Positions 50,705 through 63,347 of a DNA stretch of 64,000 bases are shown one piece after another. This stretch comes from Monocercomonoides exilis PA203 (Eukaryota; Protista; Preaxostyla). The stretch's first letter is position 1, and each line of letters starts with the position of its first letter. The notes beneath the pieces are model-generated. The model was not told the origin of the DNA, searched no databases, and saw only the letters and a program-made list of their open reading frames with translations. A program made the position numbers and the translations under genes. Location of the stretch: positions 1,302,001-1,366,000 of the forward strand of contig LSRY02000022.1 in the NCBI GenBank assembly GCA_001643675.2. The letters are read 5' to 3'.

Positions 50705-50742
<38 letters not shown>

Positions 50743-51250
50743 TAGTTTTACCCTACTGATATTATGTAGTATTGTCAAGATGGTAATTCTAGTAAGTACG
50801 AGAGGAACCCTAGAATCGTATAATTGGCATTTGCGGTTAGTTGAGAAACTAGTGCCGCGAAGCTACCATACGTTAGATTATGACTGAACGCCTCTAAGTC
50901 AGAATCTATTCCAGAGAAATAGCTAATATGACAATTGAAGGATTATATTGATAATCTCCTGGGCATGCCTTTGTTAAAAAGGGAATAGTATTTGATAAAA
51001 ATAGAGATATGGAAATTAAGACCATGGCCATCGAGGATAATTGACAACCCTCCTATCTACGGTCGGCGACGATTGGATAAGGGAAGATCCTGTAATGGGA
51101 TGTGTGTAAATGGGGTCGTATCTTCCAGGTGTTGCTGTAGAATAACATATATGACTAAAATATATTGTGATGGGTCTTGTATCTCCTTTAAATGCCTTGT
51201 GGATCGAAGTTGGTATATAGACTGAGATTCTATATTATACTGCTTTGCAA
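50578..51250 (+). rRNA. 3' portion of a 5'-truncated 28S rRNA gene (3' end approximate)
   Basis: gagctgggtttagaccgtcgcgagacaggttagttttacccta, sarcin-ricin loop agtacgagaggaac, and gactgaacgcctctaagtcagaatc. Confidence 0.93.
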
Positions 51251-54200
51251 GGGAGTAAATTTTAAGGAAATTGAGATATTTTATTTCCAAGTCGAGGATC
51301 TTGAAGGATTGGTTGTACCGCCTTTGAAAGATTTGGCCGGAACGGTTGGTCCAATAAAAACATTAAGGTGAATGCAATACGGATTCTATTAGGTTAGGAT
51401 TTTTCGTTTCATTCGCTGGACCATTTGCCTGGCTATTGTAAAGATAAATGAGAATATTGGTAAAGGGGTCATGCCTGAGAAGGACGGATTAGACGAATCC
51501 GAGTTATCAGAGGGCTGTGCGTCTCAGAGTGTTTTGTTTGCACGATTTACTGAGGCTTAACTCTGAATATTGTCCGATAATTTTATTTTGATTAAGTAGG
51601 AAACGAAAAAAAAGTCCGTCTAATTAATTAACCCCACAAGTAAATGTTTTAAAATTCATAGATATTCTCTTTTCAGCTTGAAAACGTATGAATGATTGAA
51701 TATAAAAACATTGAAAAAAAAACATTAACGACGGATGATTGGAAAGCCTTAATAATACCATGGATGAAGTACTACCCCCCCAAAAAAAAACTGTGTTTTT
51801 TTTTTGGGAAAGGAAAAAATAAATGGGAATTTGAGGGAATCCAATGTGGGAAAAAGTCATAAAGGATGAAACTTTTTTTGAGTCAAAAATTGATAATTTC
51901 AAAAAATAAGTTTCAATCATCTCTTTAGGAGAAATTCTTCAAAGATATGATGATATTAATCATTCAGATTAAGTCAAAACTTTTTTTGAAGTTAATTTTT
52001 GAGTCAATTTTTTTAACCCAAAAAAAGTCAATTTTTTGACTTCAAGAAAAAAAGTTTCTATCCCCCCCTTGAGGAGATGAAAGAAACTACTTCAAAGATA
52101 TGATATTAACCAAATTGGTTAATTTTCATTGAAAACTTTGAAGTTTTTTGAATCAAAAAATTGACTCAAGGATAACGATTTTGGGGGTCAGAAAAATGAC
52201 TCTTTCAAAAAAAGTTTCTGACTTCAAAAAATAGAAAAAAAGAGGGGAAAATAATTAAGGAATGAGGAAGAAACAGCCTCGAGGGGTGGGGACCGCGCGA
52301 CAAACGCGGCAAAAGGGCGGGGAGCGAAAGCGACCGAGCTTTTGCCGTGTGGCGCGTCGGCCATTTGGGTGGGACTCTTACACATCAAAAAAGGCCTTTA
52401 TTTTTTTAAAAATTCCCCCACCAAATTGTTCATCCTGTGATGAACAAATTTGAGGGTTTTCAAATTTTCGTTGAAAAAATTTGCCCCTCCCCCCTAAATA
52501 TTCCTTATAAAATAACTTTCTTTTCATTATTTACTTTTAACTCTTTTTCTTCTTTTTTCGCGAGATGGATGAATATCTGCGCGCAGGAATGATGTGCGCA
52601 GATTTCATTCAGCGAGCGCTACCGGAGCAGTAGCGCGAGTGATGTTACCATGACCTCGCAGTTAGCGAGAAATTTTTGAAAAATAAGGAAAAAAAGGGGT
52701 CATTTTCAATGAAGAAAATCGATATTTTTGTTTTATTTTTTTAAAAAATACGATATTTTTCTGATAAAATATACTTTTAACTACTCTTCTTTTTTTATCT
52801 TTTGATATAATTTTTATAAAAATCTAATATGTATTCCTCATGCTGTGGCCATTTTTTATTTTTTTCAAACTTTGTTATTTTTTTTTATAAATTTTTTTAA
52901 TTTTTAGAAATTGATGAAAAATGGATGGAAGATATGTAATATAATAATATTAATTGTGATGATATTATTGTAAGAATATAGATAGTTGTGGTTGAATTAT
53001 AATGAAAAAAAAAACATTCTGAAATATTAACAAAAATAAGATACTTTTTTGTTTGCTCAGAACCAACCATCAATATCAATGTTCTTATACATTATTATCA
53101 TCTATATTATATTTATTATATTATATATTTTTTCTATCCGACTTTTCTCATTTTTTGAGATGATATAATTTTTTTAATTTTTTTCATTTTTCAAAATATT
53201 TTTTTATCTCAATAACAAAGTGAGAACTTCCAGCAAAAAAATTCACAATTAATGTCGTTGTGATATTGTTTAATATATATTTTTTTGATGTTAATCTGTC
53301 ATTCCATTTTGGAGATAAAAAAATATTTTCATTTTTTCACTCTTTTTTTCGAACAAAAATTAATTTTTTTATTTTTTTGTAATTATTATTTCCTCTCAAT
53401 TTTATTATCAAATAAATAGTAATCATATAATATCTCTCTATTATTTTTATTTTTAATATTGAAAGAAATACTCTTATGAAATAAATTTTTTCCATAATTT
53501 TTTATCTTAATTAATATTTTTCTTTTTATTCCATAGATAGATAAATTTGAAAATAATATTTTGCATAGGTTATGAGAGGTGGGGAATGTGTTGGTGTATA
53601 GGGAGATTGGTAACTAACTGTTTTTGAGAAGTCAAATTCTTAACATAGAAAAATGGTTTTGATCTAGATCAAACATTTTTTTCAAAAAAATATTTTTTTC
53701 ATAAGAAGTAGGAATTAGTGGTTGATGAAAAGTTACGTATATGGGTAATATTATGAGAGGAATTGATTGGTATTAAAATCAGAAATTAATCGATTCAAAT
53801 TGTGGAATGATATGTTAAATATAATTTTTTCAGTCAAAATTTTGAAAAAAGAAATTTAAATATCTCGATAAATAAATTTTTCTAAGTCGTGAGACTTTAC
53901 AGAAGTGTTAGCTGGACCATTTGTGAATTTTTGAAGTCATGATCAAAAATTCGAAAAATGTGAAATTTTGATTTTTTCTGATTAAGTTGAATTTAGCTCA
54001 AGTTAGTCAGAAAAATTGAAAAATTGGTGAAAATCGGTTTTTATGAAAGTTGTGATCGAAACTTATGAAAACACAAAAAGTTCGGATAATTCGCGAATAG
54101 TCCGCTGAATTTTTTTCTGGGGCCAGATTGGTCTGGTTAGTGAGAAAATGTGATATGAAGATTTTGACTGAAAAAGTGGTGATCTTAGATCAACGACAGA

Positions 54201-57200
54201 AAAATATGGGGTCTCAGATTCCTTTGATAATTGGCAGGTGGCAAGGACGTGGGCCCCTTATAAACATACTCGAATCTAAATTTTTTCTACCGAGCGGTTG
54301 TGGCAGGGCAGTGCGGACAAGTTGATGATTTTGACTGAAAAATCGAAAAAAATTTTTTTCTCGAAAATTTCAAAGTCGATATAAAATATGATTAAACACA
54401 TGAATATGCATTGTTATGTTGTATATTGGTGATTTTTGGTTGGATACACTTATTTGTAGTTTTTGAGTTATAATCGAATTTTTGAGTGAAAATGATCATT
54501 TTTGAGGTAAATCGAGTATAACACCAGAAGTAATGGCCAAATAAATTTGACATTTATATATGATATATGTGCATCTAGTGCGGTAATAGCATGCATATGG
54601 GTGTTGGTTGCGGGGGTCTGGCAGGCTGTCCAGAAAAGAAATAAAAATTTTGAATGCAACTGGGGGTGGCTGGTTGGTGAAGTCACAGAGAGCGAACCAG
54701 GGGCAAGTGGCTGAATCGAAACACATATGACCGGCACAGTAACCCATGCCCGGATGTGGCCAAACGGAGTTTCGATCGGCCCATTGGTTGCTGAGAAATC
54801 CGAGCGGCTAGTTGTTTTGAGTTCAGTGTTGAATTTTCACACAGAAAAGTGACTGGGGGGTATTGACTTGGTGATGCTGTGGAAAGTGAAGGGAGGGCAA
54901 GTGACCGGAGTTAGAGGGATATGTTGTGGATTGTTAGTGGTGGCACAATGTGGTATAATTGCTAAGATATCTATCCAGTGGTTGCCAAGTTACTGTGTGG
55001 CCAATATATTTTTTCTATGAAAATAGAATATTTTCTATGATAATTTTTCTATGTGATATTGACTGCCCGACCTCGAAGTGCCATCTTTTTCGAAAAACTC
55101 ACAGACTCAATTTGAGTTTGACTGAAAAAGGAGTTGAGTGGAGGATATCTGTGGAAGGACTGATGGGCTGGGCTGGCAAAGTCCACAGGGCAAGTAGCGA
55201 GTGAGGCGGGCTATGCACTGGGCCTATGGCTGGGCAGGCCCTGTGGCTTGGCCTGGCTCTATCCCACATATACTGTATTTCCCCAGTCAGAAAAAGTGAC
55301 TAAGGGTACAATGTTCCGGTGGTTATAGAAACTCAGGTGTTGGAGCCAGAGCTCCAGAAACAAAAGTGACAGTGTGCGCACAGACTGTGGCTGCACGCTG
55401 GGCAGGGTGCTGCTGGGCGCCTGTGTATCCTTCTGGCTGGGTGGGTCAGACACTCACTTTTTTCACTGGGAAAACAGACTGGAAAACCATCTTCGTTGGG
55501 CCGTATCTTTTTATCGGTCATAACTTACAGCTTGGGTGATGTGGGCAGAGTGGGCTTGTGGGCAGTGGCTACAAGGCTGGGTGGTGGGAGTGTGGCTGGG
55601 CTGGCTGGCTGGGCGGTGGTGTGAGAAAAAGTGAGTGAAAAATGACAGGGCCAGTCATTGAGGTACCCCCTCTCTTTCAACGAACGTATCTCCTCAGGTG
55701 TTGGAGGGAGAGCTCCAGAAACTAAAGTGACGGTGTAGCGGGGGACCAGGGCTGTGCAGTGGGCAGGGTCTGGTTTGTGGGCTGTGGGCCGGGCCGGCTG
55801 GGTGGGCTGTGCACTGGGTTTTGTTCAGTCACTTTCAATGAAAAAACCTCAAATATGGTGAAAGACCCCGGGTGCCCAGACCAGAAAATCCATCTTTTTC
55901 GAAAAACTCATAGACTCAACTTTACTACACTCAGGTTTCCTCGATTTTTGTGATTTTTGATACTAGAAATACACTATGAAAATGGAGTGTTCGAAAAACC
56001 TGCTTTGATACTAAAAAAGGTGAAAATTACACTACGCTGAGGTTTTCGTTGTGTAGTGTAATAAGGATGAATTTGATACTAGAAATTTGAGCTCCTAGGA
56101 AAAGTGACCAAATTACACTACGCTTCGAAAACCTCGGCGTAGTGTATTTTGAGGTTTTTGATACTAGAAAATTTTGTCTATGAAATTTCTCTATGAAAAA
56201 TACACTATGGACCCCTTATGTTCACAGACTCATAGTGCCTCAGGGGCAAGTCAGCGAAACTTCTCGTTGCCATAGAGGGTCTCGCTGCACACTCGCTCTA
56301 CACAATGGTGGTAATCTCATTCAGCTCAGTTGTGTTGCCCTGAAGTTACAAGGCAAATACTCAGATCTTTCCTATGAAAAACCCTTTCTCAATGATATTT
56401 TATGCTATGGACCCTGTATATTCCACGGGTCATAGGGAATGACCTTTAAGAGCTGGAAAGTTCTAGATGCCATAGGGCAAGTAGCTGTGCTCTTGCAGTA
56501 TCCAATGGTAGTAACATCTTTGCCCTCGGTCCATATGCCTTTTCACTATACTCAATATACTGACATCTTTGAATGAAAAAGATTCATTTTTCATAGGTGA
56601 CCCCTTGTGTTCCCACTCTCATATCTTTTGATCGGTCATAACTTACAGACATGCCAATGGTGCTGTGGGGTGGGCATGCCCTGCAGGTACAATGTGGCAC
56701 ACATTCGGCTGGTGGGCTGTGGCTGGGCCAAGGGCAGTGCCAGAAAAAGTGAGTATTTTCGATTGACTTTTTGAGTGACTTGGACCCCCCGCATTGGCTG
56801 GCCTGTAGCGAATCACACAGGAATCTGGGAAAGTTCTCGATGCCATAGGGAAACTCGCTCCACACTTCCTCTATCCATTGGTGCTATCGCCATTGAGACT
56901 GCTCAACTTCCCTTATATCTATGGTCGATATACTAGTATCCTTCCTATGAAAAACTCCTTATCAATGAAATTTTATACTGGAACCCCCTATGTTTGTTGG
57001 AACGTAGCTCCACAGGCTTAAGAGCTGGAAAGTTATAAATGCCATAGAGGGTCTAGCTACACACTGTGCCTAGCCAATGGCAGTATTCCCATCAGGCTCC
57101 TATGTAATGCCTTGCCACTACACTCAATACACTACTATCTTTCCTATCAAAAATACACTTACAATATATTGACTGGGACCCTTTATGTTCCAACCCTTGT

Positions 57201-59847
57201 AGTTCCTCAGGCTTGAGAGTGCGAGACTCGAAAATGTTATAGAGGGTCTAGCTATACTCTCCCTCTATCCAATGGTGAAGGATCCAATAGGGTCAGTCTA
57301 TTTGCCTTGGAGCCATAGGCAAAATACTGGTATTTTTCATAGAAAAAGTGACTGACCTCCCCTGTGTTCCCACTCTCATATCTTTTGACTGGTCATAACT
57401 TACAGCCAAGCTGATATCACTGCAATATGCCTACACACTGTGCCTACCATATGGCACACATCCAGTGTCTGTGCTCTGCCTGTGTATTCCACTGCAGCCA
57501 TTATACTCACTTTTCATAGGGAAAGTTGACTTAGACCCCCTTGTGTTCCAGCCCTTGTAGCTTGCCAGGCTTAAGAGCTGGAAAGTTCTAAATGCCATAG
57601 AGGGTCTAGCTCCTCACTCACTCTATCCAACTATCCAACAACTATTCCCACTGCCCTTATACCCTTTTCATTATATTCAATATACTAACATTTTTGTTTG
57701 ATTTTTTGACTTTTTCATATAGGACCCCCTTGCCTTCCAACCCTTGTATCATTTTATCGGTCATAACTTACAGACTAGCTGATGGTACTAGTCTGTGCGT
57801 ATGCTCTGCCGCTACGTTCCCATAGGCATTCCACTCCACTCCTCTGGCTGCTCCAGGAGCAGTGTGAGAAAAAGTGAGTTTTGATAGGGGCAGTTCCTAT
57901 GGAAACATTGAAGTGGGCATAGCGGGCCAGGCTTAAGAGCTGGAAGGCTGGAACAAAAAACCAGATGAAAGGCAGTGAGGGCATACACAAGGTGGTGCAG
58001 TAGTGGCAAGGCTTTGGTGTGTCCCCATCCCAAGAAACACTATGGAAGGATACTAAAAATTTTCATTGAGTTTTTTTGTAGTATGATTTTCGGTCTTATT
58101 ACACTACGCCAAGGTTTTCGTGGTGTAGTGTAATTTTGAGATTTTTTAGTATCAAAGCAGGTTTTTCGATGACCTCGTTTTCGTAGTGTAATTCTAGTAT
58201 GAAAAACGGAAAAAAACGCGAAAACCTGGGCGTAGTGTAATTGAGTCTATGAGTTTTTTGGAAAAGATGGTGTTCGGGGTGCGGGCTGTCGGGGATTTTT
58301 ACGGAAGTATACTTAGGGGGACACCCCCCGAAAAAATTTTTTTCTGACTTCATTTTTTTTCGACAAAAGTTGTCTGGTGAGGATAGTCTGAGCCAGGGCT
58401 TATGTGATATGGGGTTAGTATAGAAGTGTGACTTGTATATGAAACTCCATAGGGAAAAAAGTGGATTTTGAATGAAAAATTTTGTATAGGGGGCTGTCTA
58501 TTAGACTGAGGCATTGTGTAATAGTGGTCTATTGTATATATATGTATATAGTATTATGTCATATGTATAGCAAAATAGGTGGGTAGGCTTTTTATGTTAA
58601 GGAAGATAGTATATAATATTTGAATGGGAATAATATGTATATGTCTCTTTGAATGAAATACCTTTGCATGATTATACAGAAACTCACTGAGTGTGAAGTA
58701 TAAATGAAGGTGGTTCAAAAGGGATGGGTTTGTTGGGTCTGATAAGAATGAAAAGCAACATGTGATTGTATATAAGGGCATCACAATACATGTTTTATGA
58801 AAACATCTTCTGGTAGCAATGGCTGATCAGATGGGTCGAATAATAAAGTGAGTTGTTTGAATCTTTGAGTCTGATGTGTAAAAAATGTTGGATGAAGAGA
58901 TAAAAATGGCTCTAATAAAATCGATTCGTCTGAGAAGTTGTTGTGAGAGAGTGCTATGCTAGTAGTGAATGTGTGTTGTGAGGCAGTATAGTATATGGTT
59001 ATGTGGTGTGAAGTAGTTTGATTTGGATGCAATGAATCCATGTTGGAGAACTGCTTGATTTTAGAAAAGCAACAATGTGGGGATTTGTGTGAAAGTGTTG
59101 GGGTGTTTATGTTCTTGGAAATACATGTATGTTGACTTGTTTGAATATTGTAGAAAAGAGTACTTCATGAAGTCGAGACCTTGTCTATATGTATGGTGTG
59201 GTCGATATGTATATGTGTATATCATTGATTAAGTTCAGATGGATTGTTATTACACTTATGGGTTTGGTTGCCTAATATGTGGGGGTTGGATTTGACTATC
59301 GAGAGATAGAATGTGACAATGATGAAATCAAAATGAACAAATATATATTATTGTTTGTTTGTTTGAAGACATAAATGTCATGTTTCTATTGATTGAAAGT
59401 ATTTGAACTGTTACAATTATTTGCCACTTTTTCAAAAGGTGAAAATATAATTGTAAGATGCGAATGAAAAATCATATTGTAATGATCTATCAGAGCTTTT
59501 TATATTATCTGTTTTGATGATGAGAAAAGTGTTTTGATATTGAGATTACATTGTGATAATACAAATATTAATGATTATGATTGGATGACTCAATAACTTT
59601 AATATCAGTTATTGAGTTTATCTGAAAGAAAATAATGTGTTAATATTTGAGAAGGGAAAATATTGTGTCTATTCTTGAAATATCATCAATCTTTGTGAAT
59701 GGTGATGTTTTAATAATTATGACTAAAATACTATATTATGTTGCATTTGTCTTTAACAAAACAATATGATATATTAATATTTATTATTAGAAAAAAAACA
59801 TTAGTTGAATGAATTTTTAGTTAATGTTTTTTATCTATATATAAATG
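51251..59847 (+). other. rDNA intergenic spacer including 3' ETS and 5' ETS (about 8.6 kb)
   Basis: Lies between a 28S 3' end and an 18S 5' end. No credible ORFs; contains internal subrepeats. Confidence 0.9.
55890..58270. repeat. IGS module: ~176-bp inverted repeats (55890-56065 / 58095-58270) enclosing degenerate ~190-200-bp direct subrepeats
   Basis: ccatctttttcgaaaaactcatagactcaa...tcgaaaaacctgctttgatactaaaaaa...gtagtgtaataag is mirrored at 58095-58270. The gccatag landmark occurs at 56269, 56469, 56842, 57041 and 57594. Confidence 0.85.
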
Positions 59848-61437
59848 TATCTGGTCGATTCTGCCAGTAGTCATATGCTTGTCTCAAAGATTAAGCCATG
59901 CATGTGTCAGTATAAATAACTTGTATTTATGAAACTGCGAATGGCTCATTACAACAGTTATAATTTATTTGACAATGACAATGTTATATTTTGAATAGAA
60001 ATATAATTTACTACATGGATAGCCGTAGTAATTCTAGAGCTAATACATGCGAGAATTCATTTTTCTTTTTGTTTTTCGGAATGGAAAGAAGGGTGGGTTT
60101 GAAAAAGATCCGACTAAGGGTGTTTCAGCAATGAGACACCCTTTTGGGAAGGATTGTATTTATTAGATCGAAAACCATTAGGAATAGTTTAAATGTTTGA
60201 TTCTATATGGATCAAAAACTTATTTCGGCACATGTTTGAAGCCTCGCAAGGGATGGATGGTGTGTGTCCATTGTGAAAGATAATGGTGATTCATGATAAA
60301 TGTCGAATTGCCAGGGTGGGTTAAGAGCCCATCGTCTTGGCAATGTGTCATTGAAATTTCTGACCTATCAACTGATGATGGTAGGATAGAGGCCTACCAT
60401 GGTATTGACGGGTAACGGAGAATTAGGGTTCGATTCCGGAGAGGGAGCCTGAGAGATGGCTACCACTTCCAAGGAAGGCAGCAGGCGCGCAAATTACCCA
60501 ATCCCAATCAATGACGTATATGGGGAGGTAGTGACAAAAAATAACAAAGCGGGGTATCTAATGGTATTCTGCTATTGGAATGGTTTCAATGTAAATGCTT
60601 GAAAGAGAAACAATTAGAGGGCAAGTCTGGTGCCAGCAGCCGCGGTAATTCCAGCTCTAATAGTGTATACTAAAATTGCTGCAGTTAAAAAGCTCGTAGT
60701 TGGATTTTGGAGTTTTTAATTGTTCGAGGGGGCGAGATGTTTCTCTATACTTAGTCCTGCTTCATTTTTCTTATTAAATTAGCTTTCGGGTTGATTTAAT
60801 TTGGAAGTGAAGTGATTGGAGGGTATTAATGAGGGGATATTTGAAAATCATGGTATTGTTTTTAATCTTGCATCAAGATTTATTTCTTGTTGTTTGATTG
60901 ACTCAATATCTTTCATTTATCTTATGCTTGCCTTGAATTTGAATAACCTCGAATCCCTTTTTGGAGAAGTCCTTGTGGCTTTTTCAAAAAAGGGGTAAAT
61001 GTTTTCGAAATTATTAATATATCACTTAAATGTTGATTTATATTAATCGTTTCTCTTTGTCAAAGAAGAGGAAAATTTCGGAGAGTTTACTTTGAAGAAA
61101 ATGGAGTGTTCAAAGCAGGCGTTTTTTTTGTAATGAAAGAAATTCGCTACTGAACACATTAGCATGGAATAATAAAATAAGACACCTGATGTGTTTTAAA
61201 TTTGATAATGATAAAATATATAAGGAAACTTATTTTTTTTTTGTTATCAAACACATTCGAGTCTTAAACAATAAGAAGATTGAACTTGTTCTTTTTTGTT
61301 ATTGTTTATCGATTTGAGTTTTATTGGTTTTTGAAACAGGTGTAATGATTAAGAGGGACAGTTGGGGGTATCTGTATTGCATAGTCAGAGGTGGAATTCT
61401 TGGATTTATGCAAGACAAACAAGTGCGAAAGCATTTA

Positions 61438-61471
<34 letters not shown>

Positions 61472-62656
61472 AGGGGATCGAAGGCGATCAGAAACCGCTC
61501 TAGTCTTAACTATAAACGATGCCAACTAGGGATTGGAGGGAATTTATTTTTTTAATTCGCTTTTCCAATTTCTATCTTTCGGGATAGGTGGAATTTATCA
61601 CTAGAAATAGTGAAGTGAGTTTGCTTTTAAAATTATAACAAAAAAATGAAAGAGGTAACTTCGGTTATTTGTCTTTGTTTTTTTGTTTTTAAGCCCCATC
61701 AGCACCTTTAGAGAAATCGATTAAGTCTCTGGGTTCTGGGGGGAGTATGGTCGCAAGTCTGAAACTTAAAGAAATTGACGGAAGGGCACCACCAGGTGTG
61801 GAGCCTGCGGCTTAATTTGACTCAACACGGGGAAACTTACCAGGTCCAGACACGGGAAGGATTGACAGATTGATAGTTCTTTCTTGATTCCGTGGGTGGT
61901 GGTGCATGGTCGTTCTTAGTTGGTGGAGTGATTTGTCTGGTTAATTCCGATAACGAACGAGACCTCAACCTGCTAAATAGGGTGATAATTTTGAAAAGTG
62001 TCTGTAAGGTGGCTTTCCGATTTTTTTCTTAATAGTTCTCTCTTTCGGGGGAGGATTGTTGAGAAAGTCGGGAAGTTGTCTGAGATCTTTTAATGGTTAA
62101 TATTGAAATATATATTTTGAGATAGCTCATTAAGCTTTCAGGATGGATTTGTTTTGAGCAGTTTCGGCTGTTTGGAAGAAGTTTGTTTTGGAAGTGAGTT
62201 ATTGAAATTATCATTAAAATATTTCGATATGGATTGTAATTCTCTTTTAGTTAATTAATTTCATCATGGCTCTTCACGGGGTTGTGGTGGAAGGCTAATG
62301 GGGCTCTGGATCTATATTCGAACCTACTTAGAGGGACTACCATGGTTGCACATGGGGGAAGCATGAGGCAATAACAGGTCTGTGATGCCCTTAGATGTTC
62401 TGGGCCGCACGCGCGCTACACTGATAAAGTCAACAAGTTGTTTTTGGGTGTGTTAAATCAAAAAATAGTGTTTTATTTTCAGGGCTTCTTAATCGGGGCT
62501 TTGAAAAGGGGATGCTATTTTTTAACACATGCAATTCCCTTATCCGAAAGGATTGGGTAATCTTTTGAAACTTTATCGTGATGGGGATTGATCTTTGTAA
62601 TTTTGGATCATGAACGAGGAATACCTAGTAAGTGCAATTCATCAGATTGCGCTGAT

Positions 62657-62706
<50 letters not shown>

Positions 62707-62788
62707 ATCAGATGAAATGTCTGGATTGTTGGATCTTGTGAGGGTTTCGATTCTCTAGGATTTAATTAGAAGGACAGTAAATCTTATT

Positions 62789-62849
<61 letters not shown>
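59848..62849 (+). rRNA. 18S (SSU) rRNA, about 3002 nt, with large expansion segments
   Basis: Begins tatctggtcgattctgccagtagtcatatgcttgtctcaaagattaagccatgc; contains gtgccagcagccgcggtaattccagc and gtacacaccgcccgtc; ends gtaggtgaacctgcggaaggatcatta. Confidence 0.98.
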
Positions 62850-62852
<3 letters not shown>

Positions 62853-62968
62853 TTTAATAAAATAATCTAAAACAATTTGATAAATTTAAAAATAATAAAG
62901 AGGTTAATATGATTATATGAACGATATTATTATAAATAAAAGTTTTTTTAATTAAAGAAAAAATTAAA
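62850..62968 (+). other. ITS1 (about 120 bp, extremely AT-rich)
   Basis: Lies between the 18S end and the 5.8S start. Confidence 0.85.
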
Positions 62969-63134
62969 AAACTTTTGGCAGTGGATATCTTGGCTCTTGT
63001 ATCGATGAAGAACGCAGCAAAGCGCGATAGCTAATGCGAATCGCAGAAATCTACGAGTCATCAAAATTTTGAACGCATATTGCGGTTTCTCAGTTATTTC
63101 TATAATTGAGGGACCATGCTTGTTTCAGAATTGG
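62969..63134 (+). rRNA. 5.8S rRNA
   Basis: aaacttttggcagtggatatcttggctc...tcgatgaagaacgcagc...tttgaacgca; ends approximate. Confidence 0.95.
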
Positions 63135-63347
63135 TTATAAATTTATTATAAATCTATTTAAATCAAAAATAGATTTGTTTAATATTATTTGAGATTAAAT
63201 TTTCTATTAAGAAAATATAATCTTTAATTATTAATAATAATAATAATTTCTTTTTCAAAAAGAAATTTTAATATTAAAATAATATTGAAATATTAATATA
63301 AGTTTTAATATTAAATGAAAAGTTGAGAAAGATTAGTTATATATAAT
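63135..63347 (+). other. ITS2 (about 210 bp, AT-rich)
   Basis: Lies between 5.8S and 28S. Confidence 0.85.

Noticed and set aside
50992-62214. Short ORFs within the IGS and rRNA genes, including the recurring HLFRKTHRLN peptide
   Set aside because: They are translations of non-coding repeats and rRNA; the shared peptide simply reflects the DNA inverted repeat.
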